DNA of 64,000 bases, taken from Oikopleura dioica (lineage: Eukaryota; Animalia; Chordata). Positions 35,634 through 49,191 of the stretch are shown one piece after another. Under the pieces are notes generated by a model, which saw only the letters and a list, made by a program, of their open reading frames with translations, was not told the origin of the DNA and did not search any database. Each line of letters opens with the position of its first letter. Position 1 is the stretch's first letter. The position numbers and the translations under genes were made by a program. The stretch is from NCBI GenBank assembly GCA_907165135.1, contig OU015569.1, forward strand, positions 11,036,001 to 11,100,000, written 5' to 3'.

Positions 35634-38012
35634 CTACGAGACAATGTCTTGAACTTCGACCTCGGCAGATTCTTCTGCTTCTTCCGCCTGTTCTTCTTGT
35701 CGCTCAGGGGGCGCTTGAGGGCTTTCCACGGGTTGAGAAGGGCTTGGCTCGACAGTTTCGGCTGAGGAGATGCTCACTGCGGGCTGAGTACTAGCTGGCG
35801 CTGGCTCAGTTGAGGGCGAAGAAAGAGCTGCTTGTGAGGAATTGAGCTGGGCTGCGGTGCGCGTGGCTAGCCGCGCCCTCGCCTCGCGATAAAGGCGATC
35901 AGCGGTCTCAGACACTAAAGTAGGCTTGTTAGGGCAGTGTTGATACGGGCTGGAGAATTGCGAGAAGGAGCAATGATCCCTCGATGTGGAGATGATCTCC
36001 ATTATAGCTCCTTGTTTACTTACTTAGCGGGTTTAAACGCTGAGCTTGAAACAGCGGGTTGTAGCTACTTCCAGTGGCGGCGGCGTTGAGCAGCGGGAAG
36101 TGGGGGAGCAAGTTGTGCAGGGCGAGTTGTGGATGAGGAATTTGACCAGTCATCGCTTGGTTGAAGTTTAGACCCGTTAGGGCCAAGGAGTTCAGTTGGT
36201 GTGTGAATTGTTGTGCAGCGGCCGCAGCGGCCTGCAGATTCCGATGATGAACCGCGGCCGAGTGCAGAGTCGGATTGGAAAACGCAGAAGCACTCCCGCT
36301 CGCAGAGGTGGCCCCGCAATCGGGACTCTTTGCTGCGCTCTCGGCGAGACTGGAACGAGGCGAGGAAGAGACGAGATTCGTGATCGAATGTGCTAGCGTT
36401 GCTTTTGTCCCGGCTGCAATAGTAGATACAGGCTGCGCGATTTTGGGGGTTTCGCTAGGCGATCGGGCACGGCCGGAGTCGGATTCGGAGGTACGACTTC
36501 GTGGGGATTCAGTGCGAGCCACGGGGGAGTTGGCAGCGTTTGTCGAGTTGCCAGAATCGGCCGAGTCCCGGCGGATTTTGTCATCGGCGTCTACTCGGAG
36601 TTGCTTGGACTCGCTTTCTTCGGCGCAAGGCAATCGCGGTCTAAATTATCAAGTTAAAATTGATTACTCTGTTGAGCGACGCTATGGGAAGCGCGCGTGT
36701 TTAGTGTTTCCAAAGCCGCGTTTCCTATTCTAAGTGCGAGCCTAACTGCCGGAAAGTCGTTTCCCCTCTCTACCACATCTGCGACTTGGTCTTTTACCTT
36801 TTCTCGCGCCGTCCGCAGCCTGTGTCGCGGAATCCCTTCGCGAAGGGGTTATGGTTGATTTTGAGTTGGGTGATCTGAAAAGCGCAGTTAGATTTCCAGT
36901 TTCCAGATGATTTTCCGCCACTTACTTTTTCATTTTGATACGCTGTGACTGCGATAAATTCCATCTCTGGAAAGCACGTAGTTCGCCACTGCCGGGAGTA
37001 GATTTGACTTGTGTCGGAGCATCGTACGATGTGGAAACGAGGCTGGTACTTGTGCATTGAATTCAGGATTGCCTAGAAGAATGAACTGAGCACAAAGAAA
37101 AAATAGTTAAATCTTATTTGGAGGAAAAATAGGAGGAAATAGAAACTTACGTGGCCGTAAACATGGGGATCAGCGATGTTGTTCGTCAATTTACATTTGT
37201 GGAAGCTAATGCTGGGCCTGTTCATCCACTGCTCTCCTGTAGCTGGTGAGTCGGGATGAATATAAAACCTGAATAGCGAAGTTATAAGCTGTGGGCAACT
37301 CGTCACAACTCACCGTCGAGGAAGTTCCGGATCGGCTTTGCCCGCCACCATCCAGCATGAATTGTGATACTTGTATCGACAATCATCTTTGGGTCGTATA
37401 TCCATCACCATACAGTACTTGGCCTTTGGGTTCAGCCCGGAGACTTTTGTCTTGAAGCCAGGAAACATTCGACTGAAGAAAAAATGATTAAAAATTGCCA
37501 ATAAAGTTACAATTCTAGCCGCTATCCTAGCTTATTTAGGGTCAAATGAAGAATACTGGGATTCCTCTTTAGAGTGATAGAAAAAGGCTTTGCTGCCTGG
37601 GAACTGATTGAATTCAAGTTCGCGCGAAAGTGTTTCAATGTTAGAAAAAATGAACGATTCAAATTCCTTTCCCCACTTTCATCAAAGCCCTCCTTTTTCT
37701 GATAATCACTTATCACCGAAAAAACGCGTGAATTACCGCTGTAAAATGCTTCAGAACTTACCGGCCGGTCTTGGTGATCACCATTTCTGTCCCATTTCGA
37801 TGGAACTCGTCCCAGAGTGCTTTATCCACGAGTTCTACTTTGGGATCATCAGGCTCTAGATTCTCGTCGATCTCTTCCGCATGTGCGGCTGCGGCGGCCT
37901 GCTGCTGCTGAAGCTGGTGAACGAGGTGGTTCAAGCCAGGAGTGGAGAAGGGACCGTAGGGGTTGATGCCAGGTATCCCTGGCAGCCGGTGCATTAGGTT
38001 GAAGTCCAACAT
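35634..38012 (-). CDS. TBX2: T-box transcription factor, Tbx2/3 subfamily
   Basis: [28 protein letters not shown]; [21 protein letters not shown]; [14 protein letters not shown]; [15 protein letters not shown]; [34 protein letters not shown], the last being diagnostic of Tbx2/3. Confidence 0.95.
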
Positions 38013-40543
38013 GGGGTTTTTTCTCGAGTTGAGTCTTCCTTGATTTCAGCCTCTTTTTTTTCGTTGTTTTCTTTTTGGGAAAAAAATTTATGAAAAAGAG
38101 TTTTGGGAATTTAAGCCGAAACTTGGATCTAAGTCTCTGCTGCAGAAATGAGCTCTTCTCAAGCACGGATGTAGACTATATCTCTGGTTGGCCAACAGTG
38201 CATGGGGTGGCGCGAGAGGGAAGAGAGACGAGCAGCGAGCAGGGAAAATCAAAGACGAGGCCGCTCGCCGCGCGTGTTCAGCGGTGGCGCACTCCTCCTC
38301 GCTGGCCGCGGCGCCCGAGGGGTGTCGATCTCTTCGCTTTCTCGCTGCTAATGGGATCGACCCGCGAGAACAGGACCACACCTGTTCAACAGACAGATAG
38401 CATTATTGCAGGAATGCTTCTATCGCTTGTTTTGCCTATCAAAACTACCAGAAGCAAAATCACCAAATGAAAATGAATTGGCACTCAGACGGAAGTATTC
38501 GAAAACGATTGATTACAATCACTTATCGACGAATTTTTCAATCAACGATTGCATTTTATACTTATCATCGTCTTCTTCCGATTTCGGAATAGAGCTGAAC
38601 TGACTTTTTTCTTAATAAAATATTCGTTTTAGTTGAGCAAGAACTATGGTTAGAAGAAAACGCAGCTGGAAATGATAATTGTTTTGGCTCGCTCTTCAAA
38701 GATTGGTAGTAGGAGATATTTTTTCACGAAATCACGAGTCGCTTCGAGTTACTTCCGATAATAACTGGAGCCTGCGAAAGCGGAAACAAGGAGGAAACAG
38801 CTATAGTTATTATTACCAGAGTGGCTGTTTCTTATTGTTTCTTAGCGCAGCTAGAAGTGTCCAACAAGTGAGGCGAGTGTGTGTTATTAGTACAGCAGGC
38901 AGCGGCTTATTTGTACAGTGGAGCCAGTCGGGCAGGGATTGACGCTCCCCTCGACAAGTTCACTTACTTCGAAGGCGACAATGGCCAACTCTTGTCTCCC
39001 GTCAACATCCACACGGACAGATACACTTAGATTGTTATTTCGAACAAGTGATTGGGCCACACACTAAAATCACCAAATTCACGGCCACTAAAAATCACAA
39101 GAACACAAAAAATGATCAAAAATCATCCCAAAAAAGTCGGTTTCCAAGTTTTTTTTTGTCACTGGAATTGATGGATAAGTCTTTCGAGCTGAGTTATTAG
39201 AGCTGAACTTTGAAAAACAGTTTTGGCTATTGCGTTTTTTTTTGTTTTTCCATGTGAGCGAGCTTGTTAATTGTCTGTCCGCGCTGTGATCTCGGCGCTT
39301 TGAGCAAATGAGGACAAATCCAAATAGTGGTGCCTAAAACAAGCATTCGATCAAACTCTGAGTAGCTAGGTGCATTTTCGTTTTTGATGATTATTGTTGT
39401 TTTTTGGGCAAAGAAAAGCGAGAAAGTTGAAAGGCGGCGCCGCCATTTTCTGGGGAATTTATGAGCTCGCGCTGAAAAACTGACAAGTGCTGCCGAAAAT
39501 AAACAGAAATTTTTATTTATATCGGTAACGCGTATTGTGCCACTAATTCTGGCCGCGGCAGCGTGTATTTACCGCGCTCAGACGTAGCTGTCCGGAATCT
39601 GTATCCTTTGAGCATAAATCCCAGCCATCACTTCCGATGACACAAAACGACCGCTTATACCAGCGAAACTTATTTAAAAACGCTTTTTTTTCGTGATATT
39701 GGGGGTTAAAATGTAGCCTTTGATTTCGGTTACTGTAGCTAATACAGTGACTTAGTGCTACTTACAACTGTAATCTGGGCGTGACATACTGTCACTGGTT
39801 CAGGTTCAGGTGGAGTGTCGGTTGTTCCGTTGGCGAGTATCGACAGAACGGTACCGCTGCGATAAATTTGGTAAGTGAGCCGTCTAATCCCTCTCCAAGT
39901 TCGCAATCTGGCCGGGTATTAGATTTAACGCTCTGAGCGCTGCTTTAGGCACACGTCCACTTCCGGCCGAATCAATACGCAACACAACGAGGAATAGAAA
40001 TTTCACACTCTTACATGTCATTACACGACAGCTACTGTCATGCTTGTTAGCGAGTAAGAAGGCAACTGTAAGTTTCGATTAACTGTAAGTCCGTTTGCCT
40101 TACTTGCCTTCAATCAAACAAGTGATCCCCCTCCTACAGCTAGGGAGATAGTTCGGCGCCACGTCTGGGATGAAACTTCCCATAAGTGCCTCTCTATTCA
40201 TGCTCATTTTAAACTTATCCCGTCTCATTCTTACTTCCAGCTTCTATTTTTTGATTGATGACAGACGAACACAAGGAGTTTCAAATTTGTACCATTTAGG
40301 CACACACAGCCAATTTGAATTTTTGCCGCAAACAAAGCCGAAAAAAGAAAGAAAGAAAAACTTCCAACAAACAAAGTTCTTGTCAAGTTGAGGGGATCGA
40401 CAAAGTTGATTCTTTTTTTTCGTAAAAAAGGGGGTGGACATCGTTAAATAGAAGAAGTAACACCCTTATTCAAGCTTGAAGCGATCTGCAGCTCAGATTT
40501 GGTAAGAGTTTTAATACGAGATGAAGCGCTAGAATATCCGGAT

Positions 40544-40607
40544 CTGGGCTCGGCCTTCCTCTTTTCCAACCCTGACTCAGGTTTTCTACACAGGTTGCGG
40601 AGGCCAG
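40544..40607. mobile_element. Internally deleted copy of the hAT-like MITE family (TIR CTGGGCTCGGCAACCTG...)
   Basis: CTGGGCTCGGC joined to ACCCTGACTCAGGTTTTCTACACAGGTTGCGGAGGCCAG; same termini as the 61010-61253 element. Confidence 0.65.
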
Positions 40608-41105
40608 ATTAAGTTTTTTGATGAGCTTTTCCTTAGAAAAAGCTTTCCTGTTTTGACTCAAGTGACTGTTTACTCTTACTGTCAGAATTACAATTAGGTG
40701 ATTGAACGGAGCTGATCAATTATCGCTTTTGATCCCTTCTGGTGAAGATACTTTGCGTCGTTGGATTAACTCTTGAGCACTTAATCCGACGGTAGTTTCT
40801 TCAGATCGGTTTTGATTCTCAGCTATTCATTAATTTATAATTAATCAGCGCCATCAAGACAACCATCAAAGAGCGAAAGTTGCTCCTCTGGGCTCTCCGG
40901 GGAGCGGATAGAGTAACTCAACAGGTGCCCCGGCGAAGAACTTTTTAATGGACTGAATATGCGAATAATCAGACCGAATTTACCAACTTTAAAAGCTTCT
41001 TTTCATCCTTTTTTTCTGTTCCTTGAAATAATTTATTTATCAAATTGCTTGAAAATTGACTGCTAATGGCGTCTATTCACGCACCTGTTTTGCTGCATCC
41101 TAGGT

Positions 41106-41231
41106 CTGGGTTCAGCAACCTGTGTAGAAAACCTGAGTCAGGAAAATAACCATCTTCATCTGTTTCTGAATTCTAGCGAAGCCGCTGTCTGGATCCTGCG
41201 TTAGGTTTTCTACACAGATTGCCGAACCCAA
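41106..41231. mobile_element. Degenerate copy of the hAT-like MITE family
   Basis: CTGGGTTCAGCAACCTGTGTAGAAAACCTGAGTCAGG ... AGGTTTTCTACACAGATTGCCGAACCCAA. Confidence 0.7.
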
Positions 41232-42372
41232 TCCAAAATCTCAAAAGAAAGAACTTTCCTTATCAGGGATTCTCAATCCTTTTGCGAAATAGTTTTTGGG
41301 GGTGAATTAACGGCCGGATATGTTTAATCTATTTTAGTCGTCCTCTGGTCGGAAACAAGAGCAGAAGTCGCAAAACAGTTATAAAACAAAAACCGGGAGA
41401 AAAGTGGCGCTTTTGAATCATAAATTTTCAAGTTTGGCTTTTGAAAGTGACTTCCCCGCACCAGCTCCGGTGATACTTCCGACAAGGTGACGCCCGTCAG
41501 ATGTTCAAAACAGATCCTCAACTGAATCCTGCACTTGACACTTTCTATCAATTTTAGTCCACTTACAAATTTATAACCACTTTATTGCTTCCTATCGATG
41601 ATAATTTTTGGTTTCACAAGAGATTTTCAACAGAAAACGTCATTTTTAAAGCTTCAACTTTTTAATTACTAATTTTTGTTAATATTTTTTTTGAGTTTAA
41701 AGATCAACAAAGAATTTTTTACCGAAGATATCAATTCTTCACTAGAAAAATTAGTTCTACAATTAACTCTTTGAATAAAGAGTCTTTCCATCAACCATCA
41801 AGCTTGCTGATTGGCTGAGCAAACAAACCAGAGGTTTTCTATTGATTTTGGCCAATCAGTGAGCTGAAAAATCGGATTGAAGAGTTTGTTACAGGAAGAA
41901 GTAATAATAGTGGATTGTCTCGTCCCACTGTATTTCGCGAAAACTAGAAGAATGTTCACTTTATGGCCATTCTGCGCGGAGGGGTTAACATTCCGCGTGG
42001 AGATTTATTGTTGGCCCGAGGCGCGCGCGCTGAGAGCAGTAACCGTAATTGTAGAATTTTGTCGCTGCCTGTGATGTGAAAGTCAGGCTAATTAGTGTTG
42101 AGTTGATCTTAATGCAAAACTAAACACATTTTAAAGTCACATTTAACGAGCGGCGGAGCGTTTTGCCATTTATTCACGTGGCACACCAGCGCGTGTGCCC
42201 AAAATACTCGCGCGGCGCCAAAATCGAACAAGCTGAGGAGAAATTTTTAGCGCTAGATAAAGGTCGCCAGCTTTTCAGGTGCCACTACTCTGCAATCGAC
42301 GAATTTACGGACAGCGCCTTTGAGAGTTATGGCACCGCGCTTTTTACATCAAGAACAACACTCGGACACACT

Positions 42373-43387
42373 CAAACACAGTCACCACTGCAGGCACGAT
42401 CAATGACATTTTAGCCACGGTTCCTTCAAAATAACCGTAATAATAATACTCCTGCCATGCCTGATTATAACGAAATGACAATACAATTTCAAACCGAGAA
42501 TGATATACTGTATATCTTATAGATAGCTTATTTATTTCACAATTTTTTCTGAGAAGTTTTTTTAATCAATATTTTATATGAAGTTTAGGATTTCGCGATT
42601 TTTATCCAGGGTGGTCGTGAAAAGAATTCATTTTCAATTTAAGTTATTTTATCATGAACAAAAGAAATATGAAATAATATGAAAACAGGTCCACATGGTA
42701 ACAGGACTTGTATTTAAATCTTGTAGGATTCAATTTATAATTCTTGTGGAAGAGAGAATTTTATATCGGAAATCCATCTATCATTAGTACCATGAGATTT
42801 TTTTAGAGAGGGAGAAGGCCCGAGGCGTTTCACTCTCGGGGAAATCTAGAAATTTCTTTCAGCTCCAGTTGGGCACCTCAGAATAAAGAATTTAGAGTGC
42901 GGCGCACTACGGAAAAATACAGTCATTTGATTGGCTAGCCGCGCTAGGCGCACGCGGCTAAACTGAGAGTCCCAGAGGGCTTAGGACCCTCAGATTCTCA
43001 GATCTCCCTTTAGAAAAAAATCTCATGGTATATTTGATCATTGCGAATTTGTTTCATTTTAGAATTTTGCAGATAATATATTTTCATTCTTTGTCACCAT
43101 TTTTCTCATTCTATCTCTTTATAATGTCAGTAGCGCAGATGTTTAAAACTTCAAATTCACTATCATTTTCGAGGTATAAGGATTCATTTTATATTTTTTT
43201 GAATGGACTGGCGAGCTGAACGGTGTCTGACTGATCGTAAATGGAAAATTATCGCTGCAACGGACCATCAATTTTTATTTTTGATTAGTAGGCGAGAAAC
43301 AGTTCTTGCGTTTTGTTTTTGGACTTTTTGAATTTTTGAATTACCCAAACACAGTCACCACTGCAGGCACGATCAATGACATTTTAG
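42373..43387. repeat. Pair of identical 42-bp direct repeats about 970 bp apart
   Basis: CAAACACAGTCACCACTGCAGGCACGATCAATGACATTTTAG at 42373-42414 and 43346-43387. Confidence 0.9.
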
Positions 43388-43982
43388 GCCTCGTTGTACT
43401 GCTCTATGAACTCAATGCGTTTAAAATAATCTGTAATACCAAAAATTTTCAATGTAAGTATATTTTGAGTTTGATTATAACGGACAGAGAATTTTCAGTA
43501 TTATGATGGGTAAAGTCGGTTGTTTATGCAGTTTTTCGTAATCAAAAATATAAAATCAGGCTATCTGGACATTTCCCACAGTGGAAATTCCACTCGTGTA
43601 GGCTTTGTTGCTTCATTTTAGAACTTACAGACTATAAGTTATAGTGTAAATTGCAGTAAATATATATATTTTAACATTAATTCATCTTGTCTTTCTTCGT
43701 AGTATGCGGTATTGAATCAGTTATACATAGTTATTCAAGCTTTTGAAGAATTCATTGCTTGTTCAGATCAGATATTCGGAAGACTGTAAAAGTTTCATTT
43801 TATATCAGAAACAAAGATTTAGTATTATCAATTTGGGAAGAAACAGAACACGTTTTTACACGATAGTATGACACCATCTTAGGCAATGCTTTCGGAGATT
43901 AAGAAATTCATTTTATTGCGTTTAAATTGCTGCGAAAACTTTAGAAAAGTAATGATATGGTAAATTTAAGATTTTTTCAAAC

Positions 43983-44571
43983 GATGAATGTAAATAACAT
44001 TCTCGGGGCAAAATCCTAACCCTCAGGTTTCTTGTGCTTATGTGGAAGCCCGTGCTCTGAGGATTCGAATGGTATATAATTCTGGGCTTCGTCATCGGTA
44101 ATGACGTCATTATGGGTAATTGAAGGGCCGTATGGGGTTAACCTATAGCTACCTCTAATTTTTAATTGAATATAGGAACCTATATTGATTTTGGGCTCAT
44201 TCGAAAGCGCAGCTCGAAATCTACTAGCGGGCCTACAAATCTGGGTCAACCAACAGGTTTCAAATTTTTGACCACGTGGTTAGGTGGCTCCAGAATTTTT
44301 TCCCCTGGGAATCTTTCCTCCCGCATGTGCCCCGCTAGTAGATCTCGACCTGCTCTTTCGAATGAGCCCAAAATCAGCATACTTTTATCATCAAACTTAA
44401 ACGTTACAGGTGTCGGTTGTTTTCAACCAATCACAGAGGCCATATGACGTCATTTCTGATGACTAAGACCCAAAACCTATACCATTCGACTCCCCAGATC
44501 ACGGGCTATCAGATGAGCACAAAAAACATGGGGGTCAGGATTTGGTCCCGAGAATGTCATTTTCATTCATC
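43983..44571. mobile_element. Foldback/MITE-like element of about 590 bp with long imperfect inverted arms
   Basis: Outer arms GATGAATG..ACATTCTCGGG..TTCGAATGGTATA..AATGACGTCAT (from 43983) pair with about 44445-44571. Inner arms TGATTTTGGGCTCATTCGAAAG..CTACTAGCGGG (about 44186-44232) pair with about 44330-44378. Confidence 0.8.
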
Positions 44572-46751
44572 AAACGTAATAATCAATATTTTCTCTTCAT
44601 TTGCTGTAAATAAGCGTTTTCATAAAAGAGTTCATTCTCTTATTCTTTTGAATTGGTTGACTAGAAAACCCATTTATATCCAAACCGATCGTAAATGGAA
44701 AATTATCGCTGGTACGGGCCATCAATTTTATTTCGATTTCGAATTTATATCATTCCTAGAAGCAAAAATATAAGTCGATACTTTATGTAGGAGATTCTTG
44801 AGCCATGAGTTTACGAGTTAGTTTATAGGAATTTTGGAATTGCTCAAGTGAAGTCAATGAGTTTGGAGTTTGATTCGTTTTGGCGGAAAGCGGGTGTGTT
44901 ATTTCGGCCAGTATCGGAGTTTGAGAATGCTTTCGACTTCTGTCTTTTTTGTTGATATTGAGCACTCAACGCCAGTTTGGTGTTTGTCTCGCCAAACTTT
45001 GTAAACAGTGCCTATCTTAATCACTCTCCAAGGTCGTCTAAGTAATCGCAGATCTAATTCGCGCCACTCCAAAGACGTAATAGCCCTCTATTTACTGACA
45101 AACTGTACTTTAAAAATGCTTCGGAAAAATGCATTACCAGTAGAAAATCATCAACCTATCAGAAATGGGTCTTCCTTGATTTCGACTATTCTAGCCAATA
45201 AGATTCAATTTCCATCTGAAATCTGATTGGCTAGAGTAGAATTAAATGAATGGATAGGTTTTTTATTGTTAGCATAATATTGGCCAATCAGATTTGAGAA
45301 AGGACTGAAATCTTATTGGACAAAGAAATTGAAGACTTATTTCTTATTGGTCAAAATTTGTCTTCTGTAATAATCAACTGTAGAGAGGAAAATCTGTATA
45401 AAGAAAACTGGTCAGTGCAATTTTGGCGATTAGGAGGCTTGCCCGATTGACTGGATAGAATTAGCGGTGTTTAGTGATTAGTGACAGTGTTCTAAGACAA
45501 GTGCCGGTTGCAAGATTAAACGGAGCCTAATTGAGTGTGTGGACAGAATAGAAAAGGGATTAGGACAGTGAGCGGCTTCCGATCAATGCTGAGCGGGGAG
45601 GTCCACGTGATTGATCACTCTGACTCTGACAATTATCGGATTGGGGAGCAGCACTCCCGCCGCGCATGTGCATCTCTTCAATCGCCAATTAGTACGGCTT
45701 TTTTTTTGGCTACAAGACGCTAGCTAGAGTTTGACGGACGCCTTGCAAGGTGGTAGTTGTATTCTGTGCAGTGGATGGCAGGCTGCTCTCGTGATAAACA
45801 AATTGTGGGACGGCGGAAGTCAACCGAGTAAACAGTTCGATAACTTTAAGAGGAAACTGCGCAGAGAGCGACATTCTGTCGCCTCCGATGACAGCTGAAC
45901 ACAGTCGTGTTCCAGGCCAGATCAACTGGAAGCTCTTCTGGTCCTGTCACCAAGTAATCCATCGTTTACCAGAAGTATTAAATGGCACTGACTCGCGCCG
46001 CCTGCCACTCAACTTACAAATACAAATCAGCCACTGTAAAAAGTACACTAACACTGTTACTGTTGCACAGGAGGGTCGTTCTTCGTTTCTACTGACTCTT
46101 CTTACAATAACGAATCTTCTCATCAGACGATCAGGCCTTCTGATTGGCTCCGAACAAGTAGAAGCTCTCATGCTCTGTGTTCAACCAATCAGAGAGAAGA
46201 ATGGGTTGACAGAAAGATGCATTATCATTGGGCCAAATTGTAGAATAAAAAATAGCGGAATAGCTAAAATTGACAGTAGCTGATGAAAGTTTTGTATTGA
46301 TCAATAAAGAGGTAAAAGCATAAGCGCCGATTTCGCGTGACTACTACTACCTATCAATTTTTATACTTTTAGGAAGCTTTAAACTCGCCAAGGTTGATCC
46401 CGAGCCGGGGCCATCTGTCAGCCTAAATCGTCACTAAGCGGTTTGTCAGATCAAAACAAACTCCATCACCGTAACGTGTTACGAGTGGTTTTTTGGGCGG
46501 CACTAATCGATGGGACACTTCAAAGTGTGCCCTTGAAGCCTGCCCGGATGCTTCCCCCGTCGAGATTCGCATTCATCAACTTCCGACTAATTTTTTTTTC
46601 TCTTTCAAACATTTTGTTAATCAATGGGAACCTTTTATCTCTGGCTATTTTTACAAGCTCCAAAAACGAAATCTCCTTTACTATTTTCACTGAGTAAATA
46701 ATTCAAAAACCAAGGCCCTAAACTTAAGGGTGTTTCTCCTAGAATTTCCTC

Positions 46752-46844
46752 AGTGACACCCTTATTCAATCTTCAGAAAGTAGGTCACAGATTTTTGTTT
46801 GAGGCTATAGCTTCGAATTGAAATTCTTGAATAAGGGTGTCACT
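46752..46844. mobile_element. Short MITE with TIR AGTGACACCCTTATTCAA; related ends elsewhere in the window
   Basis: Perfect 18-bp inverted repeat at 46752-46769 and 46827-46844. Similar inward-facing end pairs near 34730/34880, 51945/52525 and 58115/58232. Confidence 0.6.
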
Positions 46845-47497
46845 ATGATATTCCGAGGAGAAAAGTCTGATAAAAATAGTCAATAACAAGATGTTCCCCC
46901 TAAAGGGTGGTCGGATAAATACAGTCGTTTGTAGGAAAATGATAGAATTGACGTCAGCTGGACGGGCAAGAAAAACGATGCTGGCACTTTTGAAAGTTGG
47001 AAAAGCCAACTTTGGTGATTGACTCGACCTTGGTGCAGCTAGAATTTGTTCGGAATCGAGGAACTGTCTTCGGTGCCAAAGCTTGTGGCGATAACGCCTG
47101 TCGGCGCAGAAGTTCTTCAGAAAGCGCGCTGACATGTCTAAATAACATGGGAGCCTGGTTCTGCCCCCACGGCGAGTGTCACTGTCACTTTTGCGCTGAC
47201 TTTACAAACAGCGGCCCTGTAATTACGGAAGGCAGCTTTGAAGGGGCGCGTGTTGTTGCTACAGCAAAACGCGCAGAAATGTCAAACTGGCTTGGGCACG
47301 CTGCTAAAATCGAAATCACTTGACATTATGCGAAGCCGTAAAGCAACTGGGCACAGTGGCACAGCGGAACGAGCGCGCTAAAATCTTTTAGCGCTTGTTA
47401 AATTTCGAACTTTTCAACTTTTCTTGCTTTGAAACAACAACTCCAGTTGCTATTTTTCTCGCTTCCAAGATGCTCTCAAATTCAGAAATTCATCGAC

Positions 47498-47592
47498 AGC
47501 CTGTGTGGAAACCTGAGTCAGGGTCATGAGAGAGCTTTATCAAAAACCGAGAAGCTCTTTCAGAACCCTGACTCAGGTTTCCACACAGGTTT
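47498..47592. mobile_element. Truncated copy of the hAT-like MITE family
   Basis: CCTGTGTGGAAACCTGAGTCAGGGT ... ACCCTGACTCAGGTTTCCACACAGG, a perfect 25-bp inverted repeat. Confidence 0.75.
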
Positions 47593-48602
47593 CCTAACTC
47601 TGTTTTCAGAGGAATAGGATTAAGGATTTGCCGAGTTTCTCTTTTTGAAACAATTACTTTCGTGTTGCTTTTTGTTGATCGCTTCCCATGGAAGATCTCG
47701 CCTTGGGGCGCGTTTCGTTAATCTGCTTGTGTGCCCAAGAGCGGTTCATCTAGCCGAGGCGGAGAAAATTGGATAAAATAACTTTCTCAATCGGACTCAA
47801 AGGAGCGGCGCCGCTCGAGGGAGCTTACGAAAAGTACCCTCGGGCAGGATCTGGCTGGGCCTGAGGCTGCGTGCCCACTTACGCCGCGCTCTCTTGTTTC
47901 ATTAGAGGGATCAAAGGAACGCCCCGGAGGCGCCGCGAAAGTGGATTCAGACGATTTTCCTCCGAAACTACTCAAACTTATTCAACGCCGTGGAGTATCC
48001 TTTGACACTCTCAAAGAAAACACAACACCAATGCTATTTCCTTGTTACAAATCATTTGCCAATAATCACCAAAATGCAAAGTACATGCGAGATTCGTTGA
48101 AGAAGCTGATTTATGAATCATTGCTAAGATGTAAATGAATGAAGGAAGTTTATTAAAAGTCAGTTGGCAGATAAGAAGAGATGCAGAAAAATTGGTTTTA
48201 TTTCAGAAATATAGATTTTTATGAATTACACACACATACAAAACATTCTTTTTTGGTTCATTTTGTTCTTTTTGTTTCTCATTTTTTTTCATCATAAAAT
48301 TCAACCACTTCAATTTAGAAATTTGCTTCATTTCAGGGATTATTTTTTTTCTTTCTCTTTGCAATTTCGTTTTTCAATTCCGACGAGTGATGGTAAAACT
48401 ATCGTACATAATTTTGGAAATGTTTGTCGGAATGGAGAAAATTCATTTTTAAGACGTCTCATCGTAAAAGGAAAGTTATCGCTGCTACGGGCTACCAATC
48501 TTATGAGAGATTTTAACGGCTTCCATAAAATATTTTGAAATCGACGAGGATCTTTCAGGAAGGATTCCGTAAGCAATCATAGAAGAGTAACTTTGCCGGA
48601 AG

Positions 48603-49191
48603 TGGGTCTGGCCGCGTTTTCAGTGACAAACATCTCATTACACCAAATAATTCTCGTGATAGCGATTTGGTTTATTCCGCCCAAACTGGGAACTGAAGTA
48701 TCGGTGTCCTAATCGCCGCTAGTCCAGAATCCGTCGCCAAACACTTAACGACTTTTTTGGGTACTCGCAAAAGTGGGAACTCTGCCCATTCTAATCCCAA
48801 TGCCAATGCTGATAGCGGATAATCGAGCTAGCGCCCAGTGGAAACTGCCTTTATCGCGCAACTAAGAGAGACTGCAAATCCTAACTAATAACGAGAAAAG
48901 AAGGAACACACAGCTTTAGGCTTATCGGCCTCTAGAAATTCTACCGGTAGTAGGGGGTTATCACTCGGGCTGCCCCTAAGCCTAAACCTAACCCCCGGGA
49001 CCCCCACCTAAGGCCTAAACCAGGGGGCCCCCCTTAAGAGTCCCCAGTCCCTAACCCTAACCATTAGCTTAGATTCTAGAGATATTAGATGGCTCGAATC
49101 ATAGGCCCGAATGATAACCCCTCTCTTCGATTCTACATGTAGAGATATCATGTAATGCGATGTTCGTCACTGAAAAAAACGGCCAGACCCA
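48603..49191. mobile_element. TIR element of about 590 bp with degenerate CCCTAA-like repeats inside
   Basis: TIRs of about 40 bp: TGGGTCTGGCCGCGTTTTCAGTGACAAACATCTCATTACA versus TGTAATGCGATGTTCGTCACTGAAAAAAACGGCCAGACCCA. Internal CCCTAAGCCTAAACCTAACC...CCCTAACCCTAACC at about 48972-49062. Confidence 0.7.
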
